Positions 8,975 through 17,210 of a stretch of DNA of 64,000 bases are shown in pieces. The notes under the pieces were generated by a model, which saw nothing but the letters and a program-made list of their open reading frames with translations, was not told where the DNA came from and did no database searches. Position 1 is the first letter of the stretch. The number at the start of each line of letters is the position of its first letter. This stretch comes from a virus. Made by a program: the position numbers and the translations under genes. The DNA is taken from IMG/VR virus record IMGVR_UViG_3300025168_000054, positions 1-64,000 of that record. One strand, given 5' to 3'.

Positions 8975-9340
8975 TCAATCCCCCATTGACTTCAGAGCAG
9001 CCGCGATGTTCTGCAGGCGTGCGGCCTGTCCGGCATGCGTCTCGGAAGCCTGTCGGAGTTCGCCGACCATCTCGTCGATCTGACCAGACATGTCGTTGCT
9101 CACTTCTTCGGCGTGCTCCTCTCGGTGCATCTCGCCGGGTCCTTCGTACTCCTCTTCGTCGCCGAAGAACTCGTGCATGTACTTGTCGCCTTCCATGCAC
9201 TCCATGCACCCACAGCCTTCTGGATGAGACCCAGGGTCCTGCACGACTTCGAGAACTACGGCCTCGGGGCCGAACTTCTCGAAGATGTGCGCCATGAGGT
9301 CCTTGAGACCAACCAGGTTCTGTGGGTGCATGGCACGCAT
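8975..9340 (-). CDS. Hypothetical acidic protein with HPEGCGCMEC motif
   Basis: Abuts portal start; TGATG overlap upstream. Confidence 0.6.
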   Translation of the reverse strand: MRAMHPQNLVGLKDLMAHIFEKFGPEAVVLEVVQDPGSHPEGCGCMECMEGDKYMHEFFGDEEEYEGPGEMHREEHAEEVSNDMSGQIDEMVGELRQASETHAGQAARLQNIAAALKSMGD

Positions 9341-10086
9341 CAGGTGCTTTCGGCGACGCCAAGCGCCTCAAGGAATGCCAGCATGTCTTCGCGGCCAACC
9401 TTTTCTTCCATCCGCTTCCTCAGATCTTCCGCCTTACGTGCCCGCTCTGGCTTCAGCTGGTTGAACACTTCGCCCATGCGTTCTGCGGAGATTTGGCCCC
9501 CCCTCATCATCTGAGCCCTCGTAGGCATATCCATTGCCTTGATGTCAGCGTCGCTGAAAGTACCTTCGGGCAACGCCGAGGGCGCAGGCATGTCCTCGTT
9601 TCGGACAGGTCCCACGTACTTCGCCATTTCGGGAAGCAGCGCACCGAGAGTGTTCTCTCCGATTACCCCGTCGTCCTCAAGCCCCGCGTCGCGCTGGAAC
9701 TTCTCGACAGCTTTCTTCATCTGTGGGCCGAAGTCGTTGTCGATCTCTCCGTCGTACAGGCCCTTGCCCTTGAGGAACTGCTGGATTTCCCCAACCTCCG
9801 CGCCCTTCGAGCCTACGCGGAAAACCTGGCCGCTTGAGGCCGCCGGCTTCGTCCGCTCAGTGATGCTCATTTCTCCGAAGGAGCTCTCCGGTGCGGTGTC
9901 TGCCTGGATGTCGGGGCTCTTCGTCGTGAACTTGGGCAGGCCGCCCCCAACGGTCGGGAACGCTCCGCCGGTGGTGACCGTCTCGCCCGACTCGCGAGAC
10001 ATGATAGCCTCGTCCATCACAGCCTTTCTATCGTTGAAGTCCCCAACGGGATCATCCTTCATTCGATCACGACGACGACTTCTCAT
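9340..10086 (-). CDS. Peptidoglycan-binding domain (PG_binding_1) protein without evident catalytic domain
   Basis: GSKGAEVGEIQQFL...IDNDFGPQMKKAVEKFQRDAGLEDDGVIGENT. Confidence 0.85.
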   Translation of the reverse strand: MRSRRRDRMKDDPVGDFNDRKAVMDEAIMSRESGETVTTGGAFPTVGGGLPKFTTKSPDIQADTAPESSFGEMSITERTKPAASSGQVFRVGSKGAEVGEIQQFLKGKGLYDGEIDNDFGPQMKKAVEKFQRDAGLEDDGVIGENTLGALLPEMAKYVGPVRNEDMPAPSALPEGTFSDADIKAMDMPTRAQMMRGGQISAERMGEVFNQLKPERARKAEDLRKRMEEKVGREDMLAFLEALGVAEST

Positions 10087-10097
10087 AACAAAACTCC

Positions 10098-10256
10098 TCA
10101 GGCCTTACGGCTCTTGCTTGTTGTGCGTTTACGACCAGAGGCGGCCATGTCAGACATCTTCTTCGAGCCGGCAGGCTTCATGGACTTGCCCTTGTACTCG
10201 TCTGCGATCTTCTTCTTCGCGGACTCGTAGTCTTTCTTGGGGGTCTTAGAAGCCAT
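10098..10256 (-). CDS. Small Lys-rich protein, 52 aa (missing from ORF track)
   Basis: My translation MASKTPKKDYESAKKKIADEYKGKSMKPAGSKKMSDMAASGRKRTTSKSRKA*; GAGG RBS; fills the gap between TerL and the PG-binding gene. Confidence 0.7.
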   Translation of the reverse strand: MASKTPKKDYESAKKKIADEYKGKSMKPAGSKKMSDMAASGRKRTTSKSRKA

Positions 10257-10258
10257 GC

Positions 10259-11902
10259 TTACCTCATCTTCGGCATAGAGAAGGGAGACTCCTGCCGACT
10301 GCGCCGCATGGTATCACGCTTGCGGTTGAACAGCCCAAAGGGGATTTGGCCTGGCTTGACCTCCTGCAGGAGCTCTTCTTCTTGGCTGTTCTTACGCGCA
10401 GCCCGACGGTCATTGTACCGCTTGACCTTCGACAGCAAGTCGGCGGCCATGATGTAGGTACGCGCACGGTCAAAGTGGTGGCCGACGTCATCTTCGCCTT
10501 TCTCTCTGCGGCTGAAGTCGCCATCGTAGCGAAGCAGCTGCTGCAGCCCGGCGCGTGACCGAATGATGAAGTCATCGTCACGGAGCAGCCGAACGAGGGC
10601 AAACTCGCCCTGGGCGATACGCTTGTGCGTCGCGTACCAGCCGGGCTGACGCTTACTGTAGGTGATGCGTACGTTGAGCTCGCGGAGCGCGGTGATGCAG
10701 CCTGCGTGGTTTGACTCCACAACGGCTCTGGCGTTGTTGTAGCGCTGGCAGACCAACTGGATGCGTACAGCAAAGCGGTCGGGAGACTCTCGCCCAGACC
10801 AGACCGCCACTTCCCGCAGTTCGCCTTTGTGAAACACAGTTAGCGCCGCGGGGTCGCCGACACTGCCGAAGCCTGTCGGGTCAGCGTAGACTTCGTAGTC
10901 TTGTCCTTCGAGCGGTGCCTCAAACTCACCGCACCCGTAGCTTCCTTCGGTCGGGTCTTCGAGGGCAGTGTCCAGCAGTACGCGCAGCACCTCTTCGGGC
11001 ATCATCGGTCGTTGGCTGCCGATCCAACCGTCGTACGGGTCGCACGGGTACTTCGAGCTGAACAGCCGAGTGTCTCCGACGAACTCTGAGCGCAGGCGCG
11101 TTCGCATGAACGAGAGATTCTCGAAGTCCATGCCGTGACGCTGCCCCATGTATTCGAGCTCAGCCTCGGTCGGAATGATGTCAGAGGAGACGGGTAGCCG
11201 GCAGGTCTCGTCCTTCCACCACTCAAGAAACAGCGGGAAGAACTGGCCATCGCGTCGAAGTGCTTCGTGCCACATGCGCTCATGAAAGGAGCCGGCACGT
11301 CCGGGGGTGCTCTCAACGACCAGCTTTGCGTTCGGTCGCTTGTTGATGCCTGGGAACAGGTTGATGATGGCCTTCTGCTGGTGGATGGCCTCGCCAAGCT
11401 CTGTGATGTGCAATCGGTCGATGGAGTGGCCGACAGCGGGCGCTCGACCTTCGAGCGACTTGATGACGATGTTGCCGCCGTGGATAAACTCGAGTTCCTT
11501 CTTGGAGCCCTTGCTTCCGGCAGCGAGCGGCATTTTGACCGGCTCGGGCAAGTTGTCATAGGCGAAACGCAGTCGACGAAACGCCATCTCAGCGGTGGCG
11601 TTGGTGTCGGCAATGAGCATGCCTGCGATACCCTGCAGGTACATGCAGTCGCGCAACAGTAGGTGCATGAGAGTGATGGTCGTAATCTTCGCCTGACGGT
11701 ACTTCGTCACGAAGGTCCAACGATTGTTCTCGATCGCCCGAATCGTTCGGACCTGAGCGCGAGTTGGGTTCAGAAACCCGGTCGTCTCGTCCTCTCGGAC
11801 AATCTTGCACATGCTGACGAACGCTTCAGGGACACTGAACATCTGATGGACAGCCGCCGCATCCATGTGAGGGGCAACGACAATCTGAGCGCCCTGTCGC
11901 AT
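10259..11902 (-). CDS. terL: Terminase large subunit
   Basis: Walker A-like KYRQAKITT, Walker B LHITE, motif III VESTP, RNase H-like nuclease YADPTG, ESN, HFD. Confidence 0.92.
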   Translation of the reverse strand: MRQGAQIVVAPHMDAAAVHQMFSVPEAFVSMCKIVREDETTGFLNPTRAQVRTIRAIENNRWTFVTKYRQAKITTITLMHLLLRDCMYLQGIAGMLIADTNATAEMAFRRLRFAYDNLPEPVKMPLAAGSKGSKKELEFIHGGNIVIKSLEGRAPAVGHSIDRLHITELGEAIHQQKAIINLFPGINKRPNAKLVVESTPGRAGSFHERMWHEALRRDGQFFPLFLEWWKDETCRLPVSSDIIPTEAELEYMGQRHGMDFENLSFMRTRLRSEFVGDTRLFSSKYPCDPYDGWIGSQRPMMPEEVLRVLLDTALEDPTEGSYGCGEFEAPLEGQDYEVYADPTGFGSVGDPAALTVFHKGELREVAVWSGRESPDRFAVRIQLVCQRYNNARAVVESNHAGCITALRELNVRITYSKRQPGWYATHKRIAQGEFALVRLLRDDDFIIRSRAGLQQLLRYDGDFSRREKGEDDVGHHFDRARTYIMAADLLSKVKRYNDRRAARKNSQEEELLQEVKPGQIPFGLFNRKRDTMRRSRQESPFSMPKMR

Positions 11903-11936
11903 GTCAAACGCCTGTGTTCGAGAATGTCACGAAATG

Positions 11937-12179
11937 TCATGTAAGCACGGAGTTGCTTCTGTCTGCCATCAGTTGTTCAGCTCTCCAGGTCTGAGCGCGG
12001 CGCTCGAACACTTCGAGCCCAAAGTCGACAAGCGCTCGGAGGATCTCGGAGCGCGTGACATCTTCAGGAGAGATGTTCCTCGGCAGAACTTCAGCCGATG
12101 CGTAGTCTCGCAGACTATCGACCCGATCGCCAGTTCCGCGATCGTAACGGGCCGCGATGTACTCTCGACTGCGTCCCAT
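11937..12179 (-). CDS. Putative ribbon-helix-helix DNA-binding protein
   Basis: Short strand + helix + TRSEILRALVDFGLE helix typical of CopG/Arc; GGAGG RBS; sits at the divergence point. Confidence 0.5.
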   Translation of the reverse strand: MGRSREYIAARYDRGTGDRVDSLRDYASAEVLPRNISPEDVTRSEILRALVDFGLEVFERRAQTWRAEQLMADRSNSVLT

Positions 12180-12275
12180 GGGACCTCCTGCGGGACCGTA
12201 TCACAACCAGAACACATCTGCGACTATCTGCTTTGACCTGCGGTAGGGTTCAAGCGCATCATAAAGGAGGCACCT

Positions 12276-12950
12276 ATGCCGCTTATTCGCCAGGAAGAAA
12301 TCTACCCCGCCGCGCAGTACCCTTGGGCCCAGGCCGTCGAGATGGTCGCGTCCGGCGCGGTTGCCCGTCACGACATCGTTCTTGTCAACACTGTCGCCGC
12401 CACGGGCAGCGTCATCCCCAAGGCGCTTGCCGCTAAGGCTGATGTCGCCGCCGCCCACGCGGGCATCATGATGGTCGCGGCCGGCGCAGCTGCTGATGGT
12501 GAGAAGTTCCTTGCGGTGCCTTGGGTGGTTGTCACCGGCGCGAGCAGCGACGTGCCCACCGGCAGCCTGGTCTACCTCAGCGCCGCTGTCGCTGGAGCCT
12601 TTACCAAGACCAAGCCGGCGGCTGTGGACGACGCGGTTGTCCCCGTCGGCATCGTTCTGGTCCAGAGCGCGACCGTTGGCGTTGTCATGCTCAAGCCTGG
12701 TGGCATGACGGTTGACGGCTTCAAGAAGGTCGGGACTGCCGCGGTCGCCAGCGGCACCGGTGGCGTCAGTGTCGCGTTGGGCGCTAACTTCATCAACGGT
12801 CGGGCTGTGGCCGCTTGGTCCGAAGACCCCGGCGGTGACCAGTCGCTCTTCGTGGCTATCGACGGCAGCGGCAACATGGTCATCAAGCCGACCGCCAGCA
12901 TCTCGGGCGACAAGAACTGCACCTACGTCGCGTACAGCTCGCTGCTCTGA
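12276..12950 (+). CDS. Capsid cement/decoration-like protein
   Basis: Ala/Val/Gly-rich, GSLVYLSAAVAGAFTKTKP...VPVGIV pattern of capsid-fibre/cement domains; AAGGAGG RBS. Confidence 0.6.
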   Translation: MPLIRQEEIYPAAQYPWAQAVEMVASGAVARHDIVLVNTVAATGSVIPKALAAKADVAAAHAGIMMVAAGAAADGEKFLAVPWVVVTGASSDVPTGSLVYLSAAVAGAFTKTKPAAVDDAVVPVGIVLVQSATVGVVMLKPGGMTVDGFKKVGTAAVASGTGGVSVALGANFINGRAVAAWSEDPGGDQSLFVAIDGSGNMVIKPTASISGDKNCTYVAYSSLL

Positions 12951-13007
12951 TCTCACGGCAGCGAGGCCGCCTCTGGCAGGTTGCTCCGCCAAGTGACCAA
13001 GCTGACC

Positions 13008-13057
13008 GTGGCCCCCGTTCCCCACTACCACTCTGGGGGGCGGGGGCACTTTCGTTT
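13008..13057 (+). terminator. Intrinsic terminator-like hairpin
   Basis: GTGGCCCCCGTTCCCA...TGGGGGGCGGGGGCAC followed by TTTCGTTT. Confidence 0.6.
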
Positions 13058-13061
13058 ACTA

Positions 13062-13091
13062 TTGACACGTATAGAACACGGTTGATATACA
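13062..13091 (+). promoter_or_regulatory. Sigma70-type promoter for major capsid gene
   Basis: TTGACA (13062-67), 18 nt spacer, TGn-TATACA (13086-91). Confidence 0.6.
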
Positions 13092-13214
13092 ACCTGTGCG
13101 CACCCAGTGTTCGAGAGCGGGCAGCCGAAAGGTCCGACAAGACAGGTCCTGGGCAGGCGTAGAAAGTCGTTTACTACTCCGCTCAAACCATCTGCCTTAG
13201 CGCAGGAGAACACC

Positions 13215-14279
13215 GTGGCTATTTCTACCGAGGTCCTGAACACGACCTACCGACAGCTGAAGGGTCCGCTGATTGACACCTTCATGCGTCGCACCCCTCT
13301 TCTTGACACGCTCATGAAGAACAACCGTGTCCGCCAGAACATCGACGGCGGCACGACCATCGAGCGCGCAATCATGACCGGCTCGCCGGCTCAGGGTCGC
13401 GGCATCTACAACGGCACCGAGCTGCTGAACCTCACCCGCAACAAGCGGACTGAGCAGCTCAAGGTCGAGCCGCACCGGCTCGCCGCTGCCATCGCAATCC
13501 CGAACCGTGAGCTCGCACAGAACGATGGCCCTCTCGCCGTCATGCGTCTCATCGAGAAGTACCCCGAGGCTTTCATGAAGTCGACGGATCGCTGCCTCGA
13601 GTCGTTCTTCCTGAGCGGCGCTGCTCCGACGGGTAACCACTCGTTCAACACCAGCGCTCTCTCCGGGTTCCTGACCCTGAACGGTCTGTTCTCGGGCGGT
13701 ACCCTCACCGGCACCACCCACGGTCTTCTGGACTTTGCCGCTCCTTCGGCTCAGACGCAGAACGTGCAGGCTCTCGACAAGCTTGAGGCCAAGTTCTACT
13801 ACAACCAGTACAAGGCCATCTCTTCTTGGACCGCTGAGGGTCTGAGAAAGCTTGGTCAGGTTATTCGTCTCGCAGGCCACTACGGCGTTGAGGGCTCCCC
13901 GACCCTCGGCTTCATGGACCCTGACTCGATGACCAACCTCGAAGACAGCAAGCGCGGTCACGTTCGTGTCCAGCTGGTTGACGACGAGCAGGAGAAGTCG
14001 GATCTCCACACCATCACTCACAACGGTGTGACGTTCCACGAGTCCCTCGACCTCGATCGGACTCTCTCGGTGTTCAACACCACGGCTATGGCTGACGGCG
14101 GCGGTTACGTTCTGAACCCCGCGTACTTCGAGCTGAGCGTCCTTCAGGAGGCCGAGCTCTCGGACTTCGAGGACATGATCGCGTCCCAGGACGTGGTCGT
14201 TTCGAAGTTCCAGTTCCACGCCAACCTCATCTGCACCAACCTCGTTGCTCAGGGCTGCTTCAGCGGCTCGGCACTCTGA
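13215..14279 (+). CDS. Major capsid protein
   Basis: Start reassigned to GTG 13215 behind AGGAG; LNTT...DTFMRRTPLL...DGGTTIE N-terminus and NLICTN..AQG C-terminus typical of an HK97-fold MCP family; strong codon bias. Confidence 0.88.
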   Translation: MAISTEVLNTTYRQLKGPLIDTFMRRTPLLDTLMKNNRVRQNIDGGTTIERAIMTGSPAQGRGIYNGTELLNLTRNKRTEQLKVEPHRLAAAIAIPNRELAQNDGPLAVMRLIEKYPEAFMKSTDRCLESFFLSGAAPTGNHSFNTSALSGFLTLNGLFSGGTLTGTTHGLLDFAAPSAQTQNVQALDKLEAKFYYNQYKAISSWTAEGLRKLGQVIRLAGHYGVEGSPTLGFMDPDSMTNLEDSKRGHVRVQLVDDEQEKSDLHTITHNGVTFHESLDLDRTLSVFNTTAMADGGGYVLNPAYFELSVLQEAELSDFEDMIASQDVVVSKFQFHANLICTNLVAQGCFSGSAL

Positions 14280-14291
14280 TAGGAGGCTACT

Positions 14292-14831
14292 ATGCCCAGT
14301 ATTCAGGCTATCGCTGACGCCCTCAGCACGACTTTCACCGACGAGCGCTACCCGGTCGGCACCACCTACGTCCAGACTGACAACCAGGTCAAGAGCAATC
14401 TTACTGGTGTCAGCGACCTCTACACCGACGCCAACTGGCTCGGTAAGGGCGAGCGCGTCTGGATCTTCATCAAGGCGGGCACCGGCGGCATCGACGGCGG
14501 GGAGACGGTCAAGCGAGAAGTCCTCGTCGCCACCACCGACCCGTTCGTTGGTATCGCCTCGACCGTCGCGGACAGCGTCCCTCGCCTTCTGCTCGGTGTC
14601 GCTGACCACGACATCGCAGCCGCTTCCTTCGGCTGGATCATCAAGAGCGGGGCTTGCGTCTTTGACGCAACCGGCGGAACTGTGGCTGCGGGGAACTTCC
14701 TCGCGACTGCAGGTGCTGCTGGCGTGGTCACGGTTGATGGCGACGAGGAGAGCCCGGCGATCATCGGTATGGCGACGGAAGCCAAGAGCGCCGTGCTGAC
14801 CAACTTCGCGCAGGGCTTCGTGTTCCTGTAG
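14292..14831 (+). CDS. Minor capsid/cement protein
   Basis: Immediately after MCP; GVA...IAAASFGWIIKSG motif; AGGAGG RBS. Confidence 0.65.
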   Translation: MPSIQAIADALSTTFTDERYPVGTTYVQTDNQVKSNLTGVSDLYTDANWLGKGERVWIFIKAGTGGIDGGETVKREVLVATTDPFVGIASTVADSVPRLLLGVADHDIAAASFGWIIKSGACVFDATGGTVAAGNFLATAGAAGVVTVDGDEESPAIIGMATEAKSAVLTNFAQGFVFL

Positions 14832-14848
14832 GCCACTCCAGGTCAACA

Positions 14849-14884
14849 ACGCCCTCGTCAGCCTCGTGCTGGCGGGGGCGTTCT
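14849..14884 (+). terminator. Hairpin after capsid genes
   Basis: ACGCCCTCGTCAGC-CTCGT-GCTGGCGGGGGCGT then TCT. Confidence 0.55.
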
Positions 14885-14885
14885 G

Positions 14886-14896
14886 CGTGATACACT
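14886..14896 (+). promoter_or_regulatory. Extended -10-like motif CGTGATACACT
   Basis: Recurrent motif; further copies at 16684, 22468, 26047, 40663 (+) and 3091 (-). Confidence 0.55.
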
Positions 14897-14920
14897 GCCG
14901 TCAAACAGTGAGAGGGTCGC

Positions 14921-16681
14921 ATGGACACCAGTCTCAAGGCTGCTCGGGAATACATCTACAACGACCGCTCTTGGGCCAGTACGGGCAAGACGCTTGACGG
15001 TCGGGTCAACACCTGCCTCTTGCGAGCGCTGCGGGATGTTTCCGGCGAGGTGCCTGAGGCTCTTGTCCCAGAGGACAAGCACATCCACGTCCGCAAGAGC
15101 ATCGTCGGTAGCGACGCGGAAGTCACCTGGACCATCAAGTCGTCTTCGGACATAAAGGTTTTGGAGCTCGTAAAGGGCGCGGGGTCGACGTGGGTGCCGA
15201 CGGTGGATGGTACCTGGGATGGGGTGATGCACGTCGAGGTCACCGACAGCGCTGGACGTGTCCGTCGTCGTCAGTCCCGTGAGTGGTGGGCTGTGACCAC
15301 GGACGGTGTGACTGCCTACTACGTCAGTCTTGATCGCCCTTGGTTTGAGACCGGTCAGAGCACCGAGTATGACTTTCGTATCTACCAGCCTGAGTTCTTT
15401 CTCCAGGCGAACGCGATTGAGATTCTGACTCCGATGCAGCTGTTTGATGACAGTGAGCAGCTGGTGGGTCAGATCAGCAGCGGCACGGCCCGTCGTTCGT
15501 ACTTGCCGGACTTTCGACAGAGAGTGTCGGGTAAGCCCACCGACTTCTGGCGTGGTCGATTCTTTCAGCTACCTACGCCGACTGAAGCCCCCACGCTGAC
15601 TACGGTTATTGCGCGGACAGAATCTGCGCCGAGCAACGGCGGCCCCGCAGTCAGCATGTCCCTACCGTGGGCGGGCCCCATGCCTGCCGGTAAGTTCGAG
15701 TTCTGCTTCACCTACGCATGGGGTCGCAAGGAGCAGGAGTGGGGAGAGACGCAAGGGCTTTTCTCGGACCCAGTCTTCGAGAGCGCACCCAGCCCCATCA
15801 GCGCCGTGTTCGACCACGCGACGGAGTTCGACGGAAAAGTGACCCCCGCGTCGGGCACTTCGGGCCCCTACAGCGCCGCGAAGGCGATTGTTGTTCAGCT
15901 CAGCAACCTCGAGGAGATGCTCGACTTTGTGGGAGACCCGCTGGGGGTACGTCTGGACGAAAGCACTTACCCCACGACGTCTGAGCCGTTGCGATTCGGT
16001 AAGAGCGGTATCAAGCTGCGACTGTACGTCCGTCGGCTGGCTACTTACGACCAGTTTGGACCAACGGACACGTTTCTTGAGAACCGAACTGCGACATCGA
16101 GCTTTGATTATTTCAATGTCATTCAATCCGATAATCGTCTGAATCGCGTAGAAGCTGATGAAAAGTTCTACCTGTTAGCGGAGTTGGACCCGCTGGAGCG
16201 GAACACGCTTCTGAATCGCTTGACCGCCGGCTCAGTGAATCAAGTCAGCACTTTCGTGTGGCAAGGCCGGTACCAGAACGAGCGTAACGGAGTCGATAAC
16301 GCCGACATCGCCATCGTGCCTGACCCGACGCGCCAGCTGGTCAAGACAACAGGCTACTACGCCTACCACATTTGGCCGATGCCGGACCAGGACTACGATA
16401 TCGACGCCCAGGTCTTGATGCAGCCGAAGGAGCTGGTCAACGACCAGGACCAGGTGCCGATTAAGCAGGAGGCGTTCAGCGCCTTCATGGAGCTCGCGCT
16501 GGCCTACATGAGTCGGTTGGACGGCGTAGACCAAAACAGCGAGATGAAGCACCGCGCGTTGTATCGCCAACTGGTGCGACGTTTTAGGTCGCAGCACGGC
16601 GACAACAACGGAATCGTTGAGAACCGCGCGTGGGGGGACATCGGCCCGCGCTTCCGGTATGGCACGTTCAGCGAGGGCTGA
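14921..16681 (+). CDS. Head-tail adaptor/tail tubular-like protein with inserted beta domains
   Basis: Position after capsid genes; N-terminal helices, IWPMPDQDY...P.ELVNDQDQVPI...ALAY C-terminal pattern of podoviral adaptors. Confidence 0.6.
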   Translation: MDTSLKAAREYIYNDRSWASTGKTLDGRVNTCLLRALRDVSGEVPEALVPEDKHIHVRKSIVGSDAEVTWTIKSSSDIKVLELVKGAGSTWVPTVDGTWDGVMHVEVTDSAGRVRRRQSREWWAVTTDGVTAYYVSLDRPWFETGQSTEYDFRIYQPEFFLQANAIEILTPMQLFDDSEQLVGQISSGTARRSYLPDFRQRVSGKPTDFWRGRFFQLPTPTEAPTLTTVIARTESAPSNGGPAVSMSLPWAGPMPAGKFEFCFTYAWGRKEQEWGETQGLFSDPVFESAPSPISAVFDHATEFDGKVTPASGTSGPYSAAKAIVVQLSNLEEMLDFVGDPLGVRLDESTYPTTSEPLRFGKSGIKLRLYVRRLATYDQFGPTDTFLENRTATSSFDYFNVIQSDNRLNRVEADEKFYLLAELDPLERNTLLNRLTAGSVNQVSTFVWQGRYQNERNGVDNADIAIVPDPTRQLVKTTGYYAYHIWPMPDQDYDIDAQVLMQPKELVNDQDQVPIKQEAFSAFMELALAYMSRLDGVDQNSEMKHRALYRQLVRRFRSQHGDNNGIVENRAWGDIGPRFRYGTFSEG

Positions 16682-16721
16682 TGCGTGATATACTTCCTCG
16701 TCCACTGTAAGGAGCAACAAC

Positions 16722-17207
16722 ATGGCAACTGCACCACCTCCGGGCCCACCGCCCAAGATCGGCGACGTCTTCTGTCGTGACGACGAGCACATGGGACGCT
16801 ACGAGGCTTCCATCGTGTGGCGGAATGTACGAGACGGCGGCCACTGGGAAGCGATGCTCGTAACCAACGAGAACTTCTTCCCGCTGTCCTCGGCTCGTTT
16901 TACGCAGGCGGTTCATCACACGAACTGGCGGCCCGCAACGTGGCGCTGGAGCGACGAGGCATTCTTGTTCGCCCCGGCAAACCTCCGATGGGACGCCGCC
17001 TCGAACGCTTGGGTTGAAATCAAGGGACCTGTGCCCGAAGAGGCTGCGTCGGCGATTCCTCCGAAGACGATGATTCCGGCTCCGAAAGACCGGGAGCATC
17101 ATGCTACATGGCGGTCACGTTGTCGCCGTAAGTTCCCGGCTCTTGACTCCGACGAAGGGCTCGCCCTGCTCGGTGAGGTCTGGAACGAGTACAAGACGAA
17201 GGGGTAA
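16722..17207 (+). CDS. Hypothetical Trp-rich protein
   Basis: AAGGAG RBS, own promoter-like motif at 16684. Confidence 0.7.
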   Translation: MATAPPPGPPPKIGDVFCRDDEHMGRYEASIVWRNVRDGGHWEAMLVTNENFFPLSSARFTQAVHHTNWRPATWRWSDEAFLFAPANLRWDAASNAWVEIKGPVPEEAASAIPPKTMIPAPKDREHHATWRSRCRRKFPALDSDEGLALLGEVWNEYKTKG

Positions 17208-17210
17208 GGA

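Noticed and set aside
13197-14849. 550-aa minus-strand ORF
   Set aside because: Antisense shadow of MCP and cement genes caused by GC-rich codon bias; no motifs
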